DNA of 64,000 bases from Desulfatiglandales bacterium (GTDB lineage Bacteria > Desulfobacterota > DSM-4660 > Desulfatiglandales > HGW-15): assembly GCA_963667015.2 (NCBI GenBank), contig CAXXJJ010000004.1, positions 1,024,001-1,088,000 on the forward strand. Reading direction: 5' to 3'. The notes under the pieces are model-generated. The model saw nothing but the letters and a program-made list of their open reading frames with translations, was not told where the DNA came from and ran no database searches. The first letter of the stretch is position 1, and each line of letters begins with the position of its first letter. The position numbers and the translations under genes were made by a program. This document shows, piece by piece, positions 29,835 through 40,246 of the stretch.

Positions 29835-32351
29835 ATGACATCACAACAATCCCTGATAGTAAAATTATATGAGAAGGTCATTCTGAAATGGCCGGTGCTA
29901 GTTCTGATATGCGTATCCCTGGGGATAGCCTTCCTGGGCTACCATTCAAAGGATTTCAAATTAGATGCATCCGCAGAAACCCTGGTTGTTGAAGGGGACA
30001 AAGATTTAAAGTATTCCCGACTGATCGACTCGCGCTATGCCCTGAGTGATTATTTAGTAGTGGCTGTCACGCCGAAAAATGATCTTTTCGCTGACAGTAC
30101 GATCGCCGAACTGTCCCGGCTTCAGAGTGAGCTGGAGAAGCTGGAGGGGGTAGAATCTATAAATTCCATTTTAAATGTTCCGCTTGTGGAAAGTCCTCCT
30201 GTTTCTATCACGGAACTTTCAAAAATTCAGACACTGGAATCCCCGACCGTCGATAAAGCCCTCGCACGCATCGAATTCGGCAACAGCCCGCTCTACCGGG
30301 ACAGGCTTGTCAGCCCGGACCTCAAGACAACGGCCCTGAGTCTCAATCTTCCGACAGACAAAAAGTATCAGGAACTGCTGCAAAAACGAAATCAGCTCCG
30401 CGAAAAGGAGGCTCTCGACTCCCTGACACAAGAAGAGACCGACGAATTCAGGGAGGTCACAACAGAGTTTCAGCAGCACCGGGATAAGATGAGAAAAGAC
30501 CGACATGAACTGATTAACAATGTCCGGGCTGTTATGGACGGTTATCGTCAGAATAATGACATCTTCCTTGGCGGTATCAGTATGATCACGGACGATATGA
30601 TCAGTTTTATTAAAAATGATCTGAAGCTTTTTGGACTGGGGGTTTTCTGCTTCCTGATCATCACCCTGGGAATTATCTTCAGGCGGCTGCGCTGGATACT
30701 CCTGCCGATGCTCTGCTGTCTCGTTTCGGTTCTTGCCATGATGGGCTTCCTTGGTTTATTTGACTGGGAGGTAACGGTTATCTCTTCCAACTTTATTTCT
30801 CTGCAGCTTATTATAACTATGGCTATTGCAATACATCTGATCGTACGATTCAGGGAGCTCCAATTGAAAAGGCCGGAAGATAATCACAGAACGCTTATCC
30901 TTGACACAGTTCACCAAATGAGTCAGCCCTGCCTGTACGCCGCCCTGACAACCATCGCAGGATTCAGCTCGCTCATATTCTGTGATATCAGGCCTGTCAT
31001 AACATTCGGGTGGATGATGTCAGCGGGAATCGTTGTATCACTGATTCTGACATTCCTCTTTTTTCCAACAGTACTCATGCTGATGAAAAAGCCGGCTCCC
31101 CAAAAGATTTCAAATTCCCATTTTTCTCTTGTTCCTCTATTGGCCCGATTTACAAAAAAGCATGGAAAATTTATCCTTATAATCAGTGTGGCAGCCTTTG
31201 TTTTAAGCGCCATCGGAATATCGATGCTGAAGGTTGAAAATTCTTTTATCGACTATTTCAAGAAATCAACTGAAATTTACCAGGGTATGAAGGTAATTGA
31301 TCAAAAACTTGGAGGCACCACACCTCTGGATGTGATTATTGACCTGCCGGAAAGCGAAGAAGAGAAACCAAACGCCGCTATAGAGAGTAAAGCGGAGGAG
31401 GATGATATATTTTCAGATTTCGAGGAGTTCGATAAAGAGGAAGACAATGAGAAGTACTGGCTAACATCCCATAAAGTTGAAAAGATTTTCCAGATACATG
31501 ACTATTTAGAGGCCCTTCCTGCGAGCGGAAAGGTGATGTCACTCGCCACACTCTTTAGATTAGGTATAATATTAAATGGCGGAGAGCCTCTGGATAACTA
31601 TGAACTGGCCTTGCTCTACAATGAACTGCCTGAGAAATATAAAGATATATTATTAAAACCTTACGCCTCCCCGGAGAATAACCAGCTCAGATTCAATCTG
31701 CGCGTCAAGGATTCTGAAAAATCTTTAAAACGAAACGAATTTCTGAAGAAGATCCAGCATGACCTGGTAGATAAAATGGATTTAGGAGAAGAAAATGTTC
31801 ATTTGACCGGAATGCTGGTCCTGTATAACAATATGCTTCAGAGCCTGTTCAAATCACAGATACTTACCATCGGAATAGTGCTGATAGTGTTAATGTTAAT
31901 GTTTTTTGTACTGTTCAAGTCCTTCAAAATCGCACTGATCGCCATTTTTCCAAACCTGCTTTCTGTGAGTATAGTTCTGGGAATGATGGGCTGGCTTGGT
32001 ATCCCTCTTGACATGATGACAATAACAATCGCCGCCATCAGTGTGGGTATCGCTGTTGACGACACGATTCATTACATTCACAGATTTAAAGAGGAATTTA
32101 AAGTTGACGGGAGCTATGAGAATTCAGTTTCTCGCTGTCACGGGAGTATAGGCCATGCCATGTATTATACATCTATCACGATAATCATCGGTTTTTCTAT
32201 ACTGGTCCTTTCAAACTTCATACCAACAATATACTTTGGTCTGTTGACAGGATTGGCAATGCTTATTGCCCTGATCGCGGCTCTCACATTGCTGCCTCAA
32301 TTAATAATATTCTTTAAACCGTTAGGTCCTGACAGCAATGATTTGAAATAA
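29835..32351 (+). CDS. MMPL/RND-family lipid exporter
   Basis: Two repeats with TM bundles. Motifs AALTTIAGFSSL, LGGTTPLDV, ISVGIAVDDTIHYIHRF and FGLLTG. Confidence 0.9.
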   Translation: MTSQQSLIVKLYEKVILKWPVLVLICVSLGIAFLGYHSKDFKLDASAETLVVEGDKDLKYSRLIDSRYALSDYLVVAVTPKNDLFADSTIAELSRLQSELEKLEGVESINSILNVPLVESPPVSITELSKIQTLESPTVDKALARIEFGNSPLYRDRLVSPDLKTTALSLNLPTDKKYQELLQKRNQLREKEALDSLTQEETDEFREVTTEFQQHRDKMRKDRHELINNVRAVMDGYRQNNDIFLGGISMITDDMISFIKNDLKLFGLGVFCFLIITLGIIFRRLRWILLPMLCCLVSVLAMMGFLGLFDWEVTVISSNFISLQLIITMAIAIHLIVRFRELQLKRPEDNHRTLILDTVHQMSQPCLYAALTTIAGFSSLIFCDIRPVITFGWMMSAGIVVSLILTFLFFPTVLMLMKKPAPQKISNSHFSLVPLLARFTKKHGKFILIISVAAFVLSAIGISMLKVENSFIDYFKKSTEIYQGMKVIDQKLGGTTPLDVIIDLPESEEEKPNAAIESKAEEDDIFSDFEEFDKEEDNEKYWLTSHKVEKIFQIHDYLEALPASGKVMSLATLFRLGIILNGGEPLDNYELALLYNELPEKYKDILLKPYASPENNQLRFNLRVKDSEKSLKRNEFLKKIQHDLVDKMDLGEENVHLTGMLVLYNNMLQSLFKSQILTIGIVLIVLMLMFFVLFKSFKIALIAIFPNLLSVSIVLGMMGWLGIPLDMMTITIAAISVGIAVDDTIHYIHRFKEEFKVDGSYENSVSRCHGSIGHAMYYTSITIIIGFSILVLSNFIPTIYFGLLTGLAMLIALIAALTLLPQLIIFFKPLGPDSNDLK

Positions 32352-32398
32352 TATTTTATACATGAGAAACTTTAAAATTAATCGTTAGGGGTATTCTC

Positions 32399-34273
32399 AT
32401 GAATGACTATTTAAAGGTACTTCTTCTTGATTGTGAAACATCCTTCAGTAAAATTCTCCGATACAGGATCGGAGATTTTTTCGGACCTGTCGACCTGGGC
32501 CTGCATCTTTCCGCAAAACATAACAGCCTTAACATAGGTACAGGACTTCTTGCCGGGTCCATACTGCCGGGTTCAAACCGGCTTATTTTTACAGGTTTAT
32601 CTCCGTGCTGGGGCGGATTTTTTATCTCATCAATGGGCGGCTCAGGCCTTGTATTTGACAACCTCGGGATCAATATGGTTTCGCTTATCGGGAAGGCCGG
32701 CGTTCCTTCGGTTCTCTATCTTAACAGGCCTCATGGCGAAGATATCCATATAGACATAATTCCTGCGGATATTAATAAAATCTGGAAACAGGGAGAAGGC
32801 GGAATCTTCTCTCTGTCAGATTACACGCTAAAAACATTCCAGGATAAATATGAAAATGATCCGCGTATCCTGGCAACAGGCCCAGCTTCAGAATCAACGG
32901 ATTTTGGGGCGATAGCCTCTTTTCCGGTAAATAAAGGGAAGCTCTCCAGTGTTGACACATGGGCAGGCAGGGGCGGATTTGGCTCCAGGATGTTTAAGGA
33001 GCATGGTATCTGTTCAATTATTTATGGAGGCACTTTTATTGATGATGATATCAGGGACCGGAATGTAGTTGATGGGTGGTTTGAGGCCAAGTACCAGAAA
33101 AAAATGACTGCCAAGGATTTTGAAGCAACAACAAAATATCGTTTCGAGCCGAAATTTAATACCGGCGGAACCTTTGGAGTGAATTTTGCCACCATTGGAG
33201 GCAGGCTGCTTTTTTTCAATTATAAAAGCATCTATATGAAAGAAGATGAGCGTTTATCAGTCTGCAACAAACTTGTCCGCGATCATTACCTGAAACAGTT
33301 TAATGAAGAAACCATTAAGACAAAGCAGTACTTTAATTGCGGCGAACCCTGTGCCGCAGTCTGCAAAAAGATGAATGATAAATATAAAAAGGATTATGAA
33401 CCCTATCAGACCATGGGGCCTTTAATCGGTATCTTTGATCAGCGCGCCGCAGAAAGAGTTAACCATCACGCCAATATGTACGGGTTTGACGCAATATCCG
33501 CAGGAGGTGTCCTGGGGTGGCTGATGGAATGCCTGTCGGAGAAATTGCTGACACCTGATGAACTGGGTATCAGCGGGTATCCTATCTTTTCTTCCGAAGA
33601 TTTTTCCGCGGTATCCGATTCAATGCATAATGCCGAAATAGGTATGGCACTGCTTGATTCCATTATTGATAAAAATGGAATATTAAATCTTGAGGAAGGC
33701 CCAAGAAAACTCGCACGGCGCCTCAGCAGAGAAAAGGGCGAAGGGATTTTGAACGCCTTCATCTACAACGGATTCGGTCGTAAAGGCTGGATAGTCCCAA
33801 ACCAGTACTGGACATCCGGGGTATTGTCTCCCATGGCCATTATGGGGAAATATTACATGCACTATTCAAATGAATACCTGCCCCCGCGTGAACTTGGAAG
33901 AAAAAATGCAGCCCGCATGATAGGCGAAATTACCATGGATAACATGGGGTTTTGCCGTTTTCACAGACTGTGGGCAGAGGATATGCTGCCGGACATCATG
34001 GAAGAGCTTTACGGGTTAAAGGACAAATATAAAAAAAATACCAACATGACTGCAGCACGGATTAACAGCCGCAATGCCTCTGTATTCTGGGAATCTGAGA
34101 GAAATATTGATTTTATCCATACCTTTCTAAAAAGACGCAGGGATGTTGAAGAAGACAATAACCCCGATCTGTTAAAATGGATTGATGAGTTTGAAAAGGA
34201 TAAAAAAGAGGCAGCCCTTAATTTCTGGTATGAAATTCATAAAGGTATATCCGAGTCTCTCAGGGAATTTTGA
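32399..34273 (+). CDS. Aldehyde ferredoxin oxidoreductase family protein, GAPOR-like
   Basis: WAGRGGFGS, GGTFG, CGEPCAAVCKK, YGFDAISAG, DNMGFCRFHR and C-terminal FWYEIHKGISESL. Confidence 0.85.
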   Translation: MNDYLKVLLLDCETSFSKILRYRIGDFFGPVDLGLHLSAKHNSLNIGTGLLAGSILPGSNRLIFTGLSPCWGGFFISSMGGSGLVFDNLGINMVSLIGKAGVPSVLYLNRPHGEDIHIDIIPADINKIWKQGEGGIFSLSDYTLKTFQDKYENDPRILATGPASESTDFGAIASFPVNKGKLSSVDTWAGRGGFGSRMFKEHGICSIIYGGTFIDDDIRDRNVVDGWFEAKYQKKMTAKDFEATTKYRFEPKFNTGGTFGVNFATIGGRLLFFNYKSIYMKEDERLSVCNKLVRDHYLKQFNEETIKTKQYFNCGEPCAAVCKKMNDKYKKDYEPYQTMGPLIGIFDQRAAERVNHHANMYGFDAISAGGVLGWLMECLSEKLLTPDELGISGYPIFSSEDFSAVSDSMHNAEIGMALLDSIIDKNGILNLEEGPRKLARRLSREKGEGILNAFIYNGFGRKGWIVPNQYWTSGVLSPMAIMGKYYMHYSNEYLPPRELGRKNAARMIGEITMDNMGFCRFHRLWAEDMLPDIMEELYGLKDKYKKNTNMTAARINSRNASVFWESERNIDFIHTFLKRRRDVEEDNNPDLLKWIDEFEKDKKEAALNFWYEIHKGISESLREF

Positions 34274-34285
34274 CCTGGATAGAGA

Positions 34286-34324
34286 GGGAGACATCCATAA
34301 CTCAAAACAGGTATGGATGTCCCC
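34286..34324. terminator. Hairpin between convergent genes
   Basis: GGGAGACATCCATA...TATGGATGTCCCCT. Confidence 0.45.
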
Positions 34325-34338
34325 TTTATTACTAAAAA

Positions 34339-35109
34339 CTATTGTGCTGCCGGCAGTATGCACAGTTCATGGATTTGTATAAAAATTTTACTTTCTCGAG
34401 AGTTTACAATCCCGGTTAACGGTTTAAGCTTCAGTGCATCCAGTTCCTTATTAATTGCCGGTTGACTTTCCATCATGTCTTTAAAAGAATCAAAGAAGAC
34501 GTTCACAATATATTGATCCATGTTTCCACCAAACCCGACTTTTCCTACTAGGACACCTTTGACATTAGTTTTTTCTAATGCACCCACAACTTTTTTAAGC
34601 TGCGCTTTATAATCTTCATCACGGCCCGGTACAATGTTAACAGTAAAATTGACAATCAGCTTTGTTACATAGTCATCAGCAAGCGGCATATTTAAATCCG
34701 GTTGGGGAATAACCATGAAATCATGAGAACTTGCAACCATTTGCCGTATAGCAGATCTTACTGCAACAAGGCCAATCGGTATACTGGTTCTTGTTGCAAA
34801 TAATTCTGAATCCATTGCAGCAGGATCCCGCATCGGCATAACAATAACATATTGATCTGATATACCGAAACCGGCTGTTCTGGAGATGTACATTTCTTTG
34901 ACACCCATACCCTTTAGATCCGGAATTACGTTTTTTATTAAACTTTCAAATTCGATATCCATACCCGGTTTCACCTGTAAAACAGTGAATTGATATAGCT
35001 GTGGATTAGCTTCTTTATTCTGAGCAAAACCGGGGTTTATGAAAGCAGTCAAAAACAGCAAGACAAAAATTCCAAAAAAAACTGTAAACCCTGAAATATT
35101 CCTTCTCAT
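34339..35109 (-). CDS. Secreted hypothetical protein, two NIPSNAP-like alpha/beta repeats
   Basis: Signal peptide ending GFA. Repeated VKPGMDIEFE...FG and IVPGRDEDY...FGG units. Confidence 0.65.
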   Translation of the reverse strand: MRRNISGFTVFFGIFVLLFLTAFINPGFAQNKEANPQLYQFTVLQVKPGMDIEFESLIKNVIPDLKGMGVKEMYISRTAGFGISDQYVIVMPMRDPAAMDSELFATRTSIPIGLVAVRSAIRQMVASSHDFMVIPQPDLNMPLADDYVTKLIVNFTVNIVPGRDEDYKAQLKKVVGALEKTNVKGVLVGKVGFGGNMDQYIVNVFFDSFKDMMESQPAINKELDALKLKPLTGIVNSRESKIFIQIHELCILPAAQ

Positions 35110-35550
35110 TTTTATCCTCCCTGTATATGTTATCCATAAGTCTCAAACCCTCAAATTAAAAAACAAATCCTGTTAAAGGTTAATAATAGACCTCAATCCA
35201 GCGACCTTGTTTATGTATTTGAACGTCGTTTGATTTAGAGAAGAGTCTGCGTTTTGAAATGGAAATAATCCGGGCAGAAAATCAAGAACTGATAGGATGA
35301 GCTAACAACTTGATCTTAAAATGCAACTTTACTTATTCAAGTAAATAAATGATAAGAGAATAAGTTACGCAAATCAATGCAAAAATCTACAACTCGGATA
35401 AAAAAACTGTTCAGGCGGCTTTCTTTTCATTTTCGATTTATACGCCTTCAGTGAAACTCATATTATGACAGCAAAGCGGATTTCAACGGTGTTGAACCCT
35501 GTCTTTTCTATCTTGGATGTTGAATTATTCTTAAGTGAAACCAGGAGGGG

Positions 35551-36624
35551 GTGATGGAAAAAAACAGATCAAACAAAACAATCAATATTAGTCTGGCCAT
35601 ACTTTCAATACTTGTAATGGTATTGTCTACCGCCCTTTATCTGCAGGGCAGGCAAATCAGTAAATTAAAAGAATCACAGGAATCAATAGAGGAAATTGAT
35701 AGAAATACTCATACGGGAACGTCTCAGGCAGAAAGAAAGGAAAAAGGTATTTCTACCGCAGCGAGCCTTACAGGTGAAGATGAAGAAAAATACAAAGCGA
35801 GAATAAAGAAACTTGAATCCCAGATAGCTGACATGCAGGTATGGCAGGATTACCTTGAGAAGAATCAAAAAGAAGATGATGAATACGCTGAATCGGAATC
35901 CTCGAATCAGCCTCTGACACGTACAATTTCAGATGCCCAAATGGATGAGATATTGCGCAGGAGCTATTCCAGCCGTTATGAGGATTTTATTGCAGAAAAC
36001 AATTACTCCTCTGAAGTTAAAGAAAAGCTGCTTGACCTGTATATTGAAAGAGAAAATAAAATGAGAAACGAGCTTCCGTCCGTGAATGGATTCAGCGGTT
36101 CCTTAAGTCAGGAAGAAATTCAGGAGAGGGTACAGAAGTCAAAGGAAATAAACGACGATTATGAAGAAAATCTGGCAGCGCTATTGTCTGAAGAGGGCGC
36201 TGCTGCGTTGAAGGATTATGAGAAAACTGAAAGGGAAAGATCCTTTATCAGAAACTTTAAAAAGATGCTCGGTGATGAAGAACTTGATAAGGCACAGGAA
36301 AGGGAGTTGATTTCCTTGATGTATGATGACAGGCTGGCTTCCGAGGAGGAACAGAGAAAAAAGGCCATGCAAAATGCTCAAAGATATACCTTTTCCGGAA
36401 ATCAACCGGACAAGGAGACCATGGAAATGATGCGAAAAGAGAGTTATGATAGGATGAAAAAGTTGTATGGAGATTATGCTCAATCGGCCAAAAATATTCT
36501 GTCGGAGTCACAAGCGCAGAAATTTGAAGGGTATGTAAATATGCAAAAATCAAGTTTAGACAGTGCAATAAGTTCCAGTACTGTAATTATAACTCGCAGC
36601 GCAGAGAAAAAGGATGAAGAGTAA
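35551..36624 (+). CDS. Membrane-anchored coiled-coil hypothetical protein
   Basis: Single N-terminal TM, E/K-rich helical body, ILSESQAQKF motif, GGAGG RBS. Confidence 0.75.
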   Translation: MMEKNRSNKTINISLAILSILVMVLSTALYLQGRQISKLKESQESIEEIDRNTHTGTSQAERKEKGISTAASLTGEDEEKYKARIKKLESQIADMQVWQDYLEKNQKEDDEYAESESSNQPLTRTISDAQMDEILRRSYSSRYEDFIAENNYSSEVKEKLLDLYIERENKMRNELPSVNGFSGSLSQEEIQERVQKSKEINDDYEENLAALLSEEGAAALKDYEKTERERSFIRNFKKMLGDEELDKAQERELISLMYDDRLASEEEQRKKAMQNAQRYTFSGNQPDKETMEMMRKESYDRMKKLYGDYAQSAKNILSESQAQKFEGYVNMQKSSLDSAISSSTVIITRSAEKKDEE

Positions 36625-36634
36625 TTCAGATCAA

Positions 36635-37918
36635 CTACTCATGCCTGAGTGCAATGATGGGATCTACTTCCGCTGCCCTTGCAGCAGGGTATATACCGAA
36701 TAGAATGCCAATTCCTATGCTTATCACCAGAGGAAGCATGATGCTTACCATTGTTATAACTGTCGGCATTCCGGAAAACAGGGTAATTAACAGGGGAATA
36801 AAAATTCCCAGACCAAGCCCCAGGATACCCCCTAATGTAGAAAGCACCACAGTTTCAATTAAAAATTGAACTATAATCTGTTTCCTTTTCGCCCCCACTG
36901 CCCGTCTTATACCTATTTCACGGGTTCTCTCAGTAACAGATGCCAGCATTATATTCATGATACCGATACCGCCAACCAGCAGGCTTATGCATGCAATTGA
37001 TCCAAGAACAATATTAAATGTCCGTTTGGTTGCTTCTGCCTGGCGAAGAAGGGCAAGGGGTACACTCATTTCATAATCCTCCTTATTATGAAAATTGATT
37101 AACATGGCTTCAATACCTTTTGCTGTAGACTCAACATTTTCTATATTCTCGACCTGAACAATAATCCTGTGAAGTTCAACTGAAGTTATCTCCCTCGATC
37201 CTGTAGACGTTTTAATATTAATATCACCATAGTATTCTCTGGCTACTCCGAGAGGTACGTATGCATCAATTTTGTCGTCAGGGAGTTGAACGTCTGATCC
37301 TGAACCGGATTCACTCTTTACTATTCCAACCACTTTGAAGGTGTTTTCCCCTATTATAATATTCTCGCCTATTGAATTTCTTGTTGCGAGCAGGCGTCTA
37401 GCGCCATAATCGGTCAATACTGCTACTGAAGAACGCAGTGTCGTGTCGGATTCTACAAGTATTCTTCCGGCTTCAAGAGGCCTCATTACTAGTTTAAACC
37501 AGTCCGGAGAGGTTCCTACTACTCTAAGTTCAAGTCTCCTATCACCAAGCCTGCCCTCCTTACGGACTTCCTTCACAGGGACTGTGGTTTGTACAGTTTC
37601 GAACGTTTTGGATATCCTGTCGAAGTCTTTATATGTCAACCCATACACAACTGCACGGTGACCACTGTGACGATCTCCGCTTACATCCTCTTCCTCTATT
37701 GGTTTTACAGAGCTGATTATTATGTTGTTACTCCCAACCTTTCTGATATCGTCAAGGGCCTTTTTGCTTGCACCTTCTCCAACTGAAAGCATTGCCACAA
37801 CACTGCCTACACCAAATATTACACCGAGTGTAGTGAGGAAAGAACGCAGCTTATGGAGCAGTAGATTTTCTATTCCAAGTCGAATATCACGATAAATCTT
37901 TGTATTTGTTATAATCAT
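36635..37918 (-). CDS. ABC transporter permease (MacB/FtsX type), close paralog of 11717-13009
   Basis: Long identical stretches such as RLGIENLLLHKLRSFLT, GARRLLATRNS and AAEVDPIIALRHE. Confidence 0.95.
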   Translation of the reverse strand: MIITNTKIYRDIRLGIENLLLHKLRSFLTTLGVIFGVGSVVAMLSVGEGASKKALDDIRKVGSNNIIISSVKPIEEEDVSGDRHSGHRAVVYGLTYKDFDRISKTFETVQTTVPVKEVRKEGRLGDRRLELRVVGTSPDWFKLVMRPLEAGRILVESDTTLRSSVAVLTDYGARRLLATRNSIGENIIIGENTFKVVGIVKSESGSGSDVQLPDDKIDAYVPLGVAREYYGDINIKTSTGSREITSVELHRIIVQVENIENVESTAKGIEAMLINFHNKEDYEMSVPLALLRQAEATKRTFNIVLGSIACISLLVGGIGIMNIMLASVTERTREIGIRRAVGAKRKQIIVQFLIETVVLSTLGGILGLGLGIFIPLLITLFSGMPTVITMVSIMLPLVISIGIGILFGIYPAARAAEVDPIIALRHE

Positions 37919-38336
37919 TCTATTCTCTCCTCTCTATATGCCAACTTTCATATAAAATACTGGGCATTCACTGCTATATTAATGCTCAGGGATTGCCATT
38001 ATTATGACTCCTCCTCGTCCAGAATCACAATATGGGTACATAGAATGGTGTTAAATTTTCGTTTGGCTCTTTCCTGGTTCATAAAAACCTCTTTCAAGTT
38101 TAAAAGCACCAGTAAAGCTGTATGATTGAATGAGTAAAATAAGATGAAGAATCTGAGGATCTGATTATGCGGAAAAAACAGTATCAGATGTCGCAGGAAA
38201 TTCAATTAACAGAAATATTAAACTATTAAATTAGCCATGTCAAAATATGTTTTAAAATCTAAAAGACGCTGGATAATAAAAAGATTTTAAATTATATTAA
38301 CCTGTAAAACAGTTCTTAAAATAGTGAGAGTATGAA

Positions 38337-38849
38337 ATGGGCAGATGGCGTCCCCCTGGAATACCAGGTTCCAAATATATCACCCCGGAAGGTGAACAAA
38401 AATTAACTGAAGAGCTTCACTTCCTGTGGAAGGTTGAGCGGCCAAACGTTACAGCCCGGGTCGCGGAAGCTGCCGCACAGGGTGATCGCAGTGAAAATGC
38501 CGAATATATTTACGGCAAGAAACGCCTGCGCGAAATTGACAGCAGGGTTCGTTTTTTAAGAAAACGCCTCGATGGAATTACCGTGGTCGATACTGTTCCG
38601 GATAATCAGGATATAATCTACTTTGGAGCCTTTGTTACCATTGAGGATGAAGAAGGTGAAGAGGTTGAATATCGTATAGTCGGCCCCGATGAGTTTAATG
38701 TTGCCGAGGGAAAACTCAGTATGGATTCTCCCCTGGGTAAGGCATTATTGGGGAAACAGGTGGATGATGAAATCACGATTTCTACGCCAAAAGGTGCGAA
38801 AGATTTTTACATATCGAAAATTCGCTATTCTGAAAAACAATCATCATAA
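38337..38849 (+). CDS. greB: Transcription elongation factor GreB
   Basis: YITPEG, LWKVERP, GDRSENAEYIYGKKRLREIDSRVRFL and SPLGKALLGK. Confidence 0.95.
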   Translation: MGRWRPPGIPGSKYITPEGEQKLTEELHFLWKVERPNVTARVAEAAAQGDRSENAEYIYGKKRLREIDSRVRFLRKRLDGITVVDTVPDNQDIIYFGAFVTIEDEEGEEVEYRIVGPDEFNVAEGKLSMDSPLGKALLGKQVDDEITISTPKGAKDFYISKIRYSEKQSS

Positions 38850-38866
38850 TTTGAGGAGGTTCTCCT

Positions 38867-40156
38867 ATGTCGAAGGTAGTTAAATACATACTGGTTTGTA
38901 TGGTCATTTTCTTATCTATGGAAATTACATCGATTGCCCAGCAGGCACCTGTGCCGGGCGCAAAACCTCCAATGGTGCCAGGTATGATGGGAATGAGGGG
39001 ACCGGTTGTATCTTCGCCGGTAGTTGAATCAGATAATAAGGTAACCTTCAGAATTTTTGCCCCGAAGGCTGATTCTGTAACAGTCAGGGGAGATTTCGGT
39101 GATGCAGCACAAATGACTAAAGACGAACAGGGAATATGGTCAGTAACAACAGGTTCGATTCAGCCTGAAATGTACGGCTATTCATTTAATGTTGACGGCT
39201 TAACAGTATTAGATCCTTCCAACCCGCTTAACAACCGTTCCTCAATGATGAATCAGAATATTCTGATAGTTCCCGGCGAAGGTTCTGACTTTTATATGGT
39301 AAAAGATGTTCCTCATGGTACTGTTTCAAAGGTCTGGTATGACTCACCGGTTTTAAACATGAGACGGCGTATGGTTGTATACACCCCGCCGGGATATGAA
39401 ACCTGCAGCGATAAATATCCGGTATTCTATGTTATTCACGGGGGCGGCGGAGATGAGGAAAACTGGCTCTATATGGGTCGTGTCCCGCAAATATTTGACA
39501 ACCTGATCGCCGAGGGAAAGGTTAAACCCATGATCGTTGTCATGCCCAATGGCAATGCGGATCAGGCGGCTGCAGCGGATGCTGCACCGGCTAAAGCAAA
39601 TTCACAAGGGAGCAATAGAGGTTTTCCCGGTCCCGGGGTTATTCCGGGCGCCCCTGGTGCAGGAGGTTTTGCCGGTATCGGACCTGTTTACAGTGAAGAG
39701 ACATTGTCAGAAATAGCTGAAGAATACGTCAAATCAATCGGAGCATTTATCGATAAAAACTACCGGGTTCTGCCAGGCCCGCAAAACAGGGCTATTACAG
39801 GCCTTTCCATGGGCGGCGGGCATGCCTTCTTTACCGGAATAAAGTATCTTGATTATTACGGCTGGGTCGGAGAGTTCAGCTCCAGCCTGTTTGGAGGCCT
39901 GAATAATACAGGATTCAATTACGATCTTGATACGGCAATTTCAGGTGCCTTCAAAGACCCTGCCCGTATAAACAAAAAACTCAACCTGCTTTATATCTCC
40001 TGCGGCAGAGAAGATCCGCGCATCACAGCCACAAAAGGTATGAAGGAGGCGCTTGGCAAGAGAGGTATTGAGGTTGTATATACCGATTGGCCGGGAACAC
40101 ACGAGTGGAAAGTATGGCGACGCGCTCTTGCTGACATGGCAATGAAATTATTCTAA
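38867..40156 (+). CDS. Secreted esterase (CE1/enterochelin-esterase-like) with N-terminal CBM48/E-set domain
   Basis: Signal peptide, VTFRIFAPKA, VPHGTV, YTPPGY, GLSMGG nucleophile and GTHEWKVWR. Confidence 0.88.
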   Translation: MSKVVKYILVCMVIFLSMEITSIAQQAPVPGAKPPMVPGMMGMRGPVVSSPVVESDNKVTFRIFAPKADSVTVRGDFGDAAQMTKDEQGIWSVTTGSIQPEMYGYSFNVDGLTVLDPSNPLNNRSSMMNQNILIVPGEGSDFYMVKDVPHGTVSKVWYDSPVLNMRRRMVVYTPPGYETCSDKYPVFYVIHGGGGDEENWLYMGRVPQIFDNLIAEGKVKPMIVVMPNGNADQAAAADAAPAKANSQGSNRGFPGPGVIPGAPGAGGFAGIGPVYSEETLSEIAEEYVKSIGAFIDKNYRVLPGPQNRAITGLSMGGGHAFFTGIKYLDYYGWVGEFSSSLFGGLNNTGFNYDLDTAISGAFKDPARINKKLNLLYISCGREDPRITATKGMKEALGKRGIEVVYTDWPGTHEWKVWRRALADMAMKLF

Positions 40157-40184
40157 CAGGTAAAGAAATTAGGTTCATAAAATG

Positions 40185-40211
40185 AAAGGGCGAAAAATAT
40201 ATCGCCCTTTT
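40185..40211. terminator. Bidirectional hairpin (REP-related sequence)
   Basis: AAAGGGCGA-AAAATATA-TCGCCCTTTT. Near-copy of the 3633 palindrome. Confidence 0.65.
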
Positions 40212-40246
40212 CTATGGATTAAATAAATTTTCAGCCAGGGAATAAA

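Noticed and set aside
35110..35550. Long intergenic region as a possible riboswitch or sRNA (also 6540-6948, 28740-29150, 63350-63727)
   Set aside because: I could not recognise any conserved aptamer or tRNA motif by eye. An Rfam/Infernal scan would be needed.
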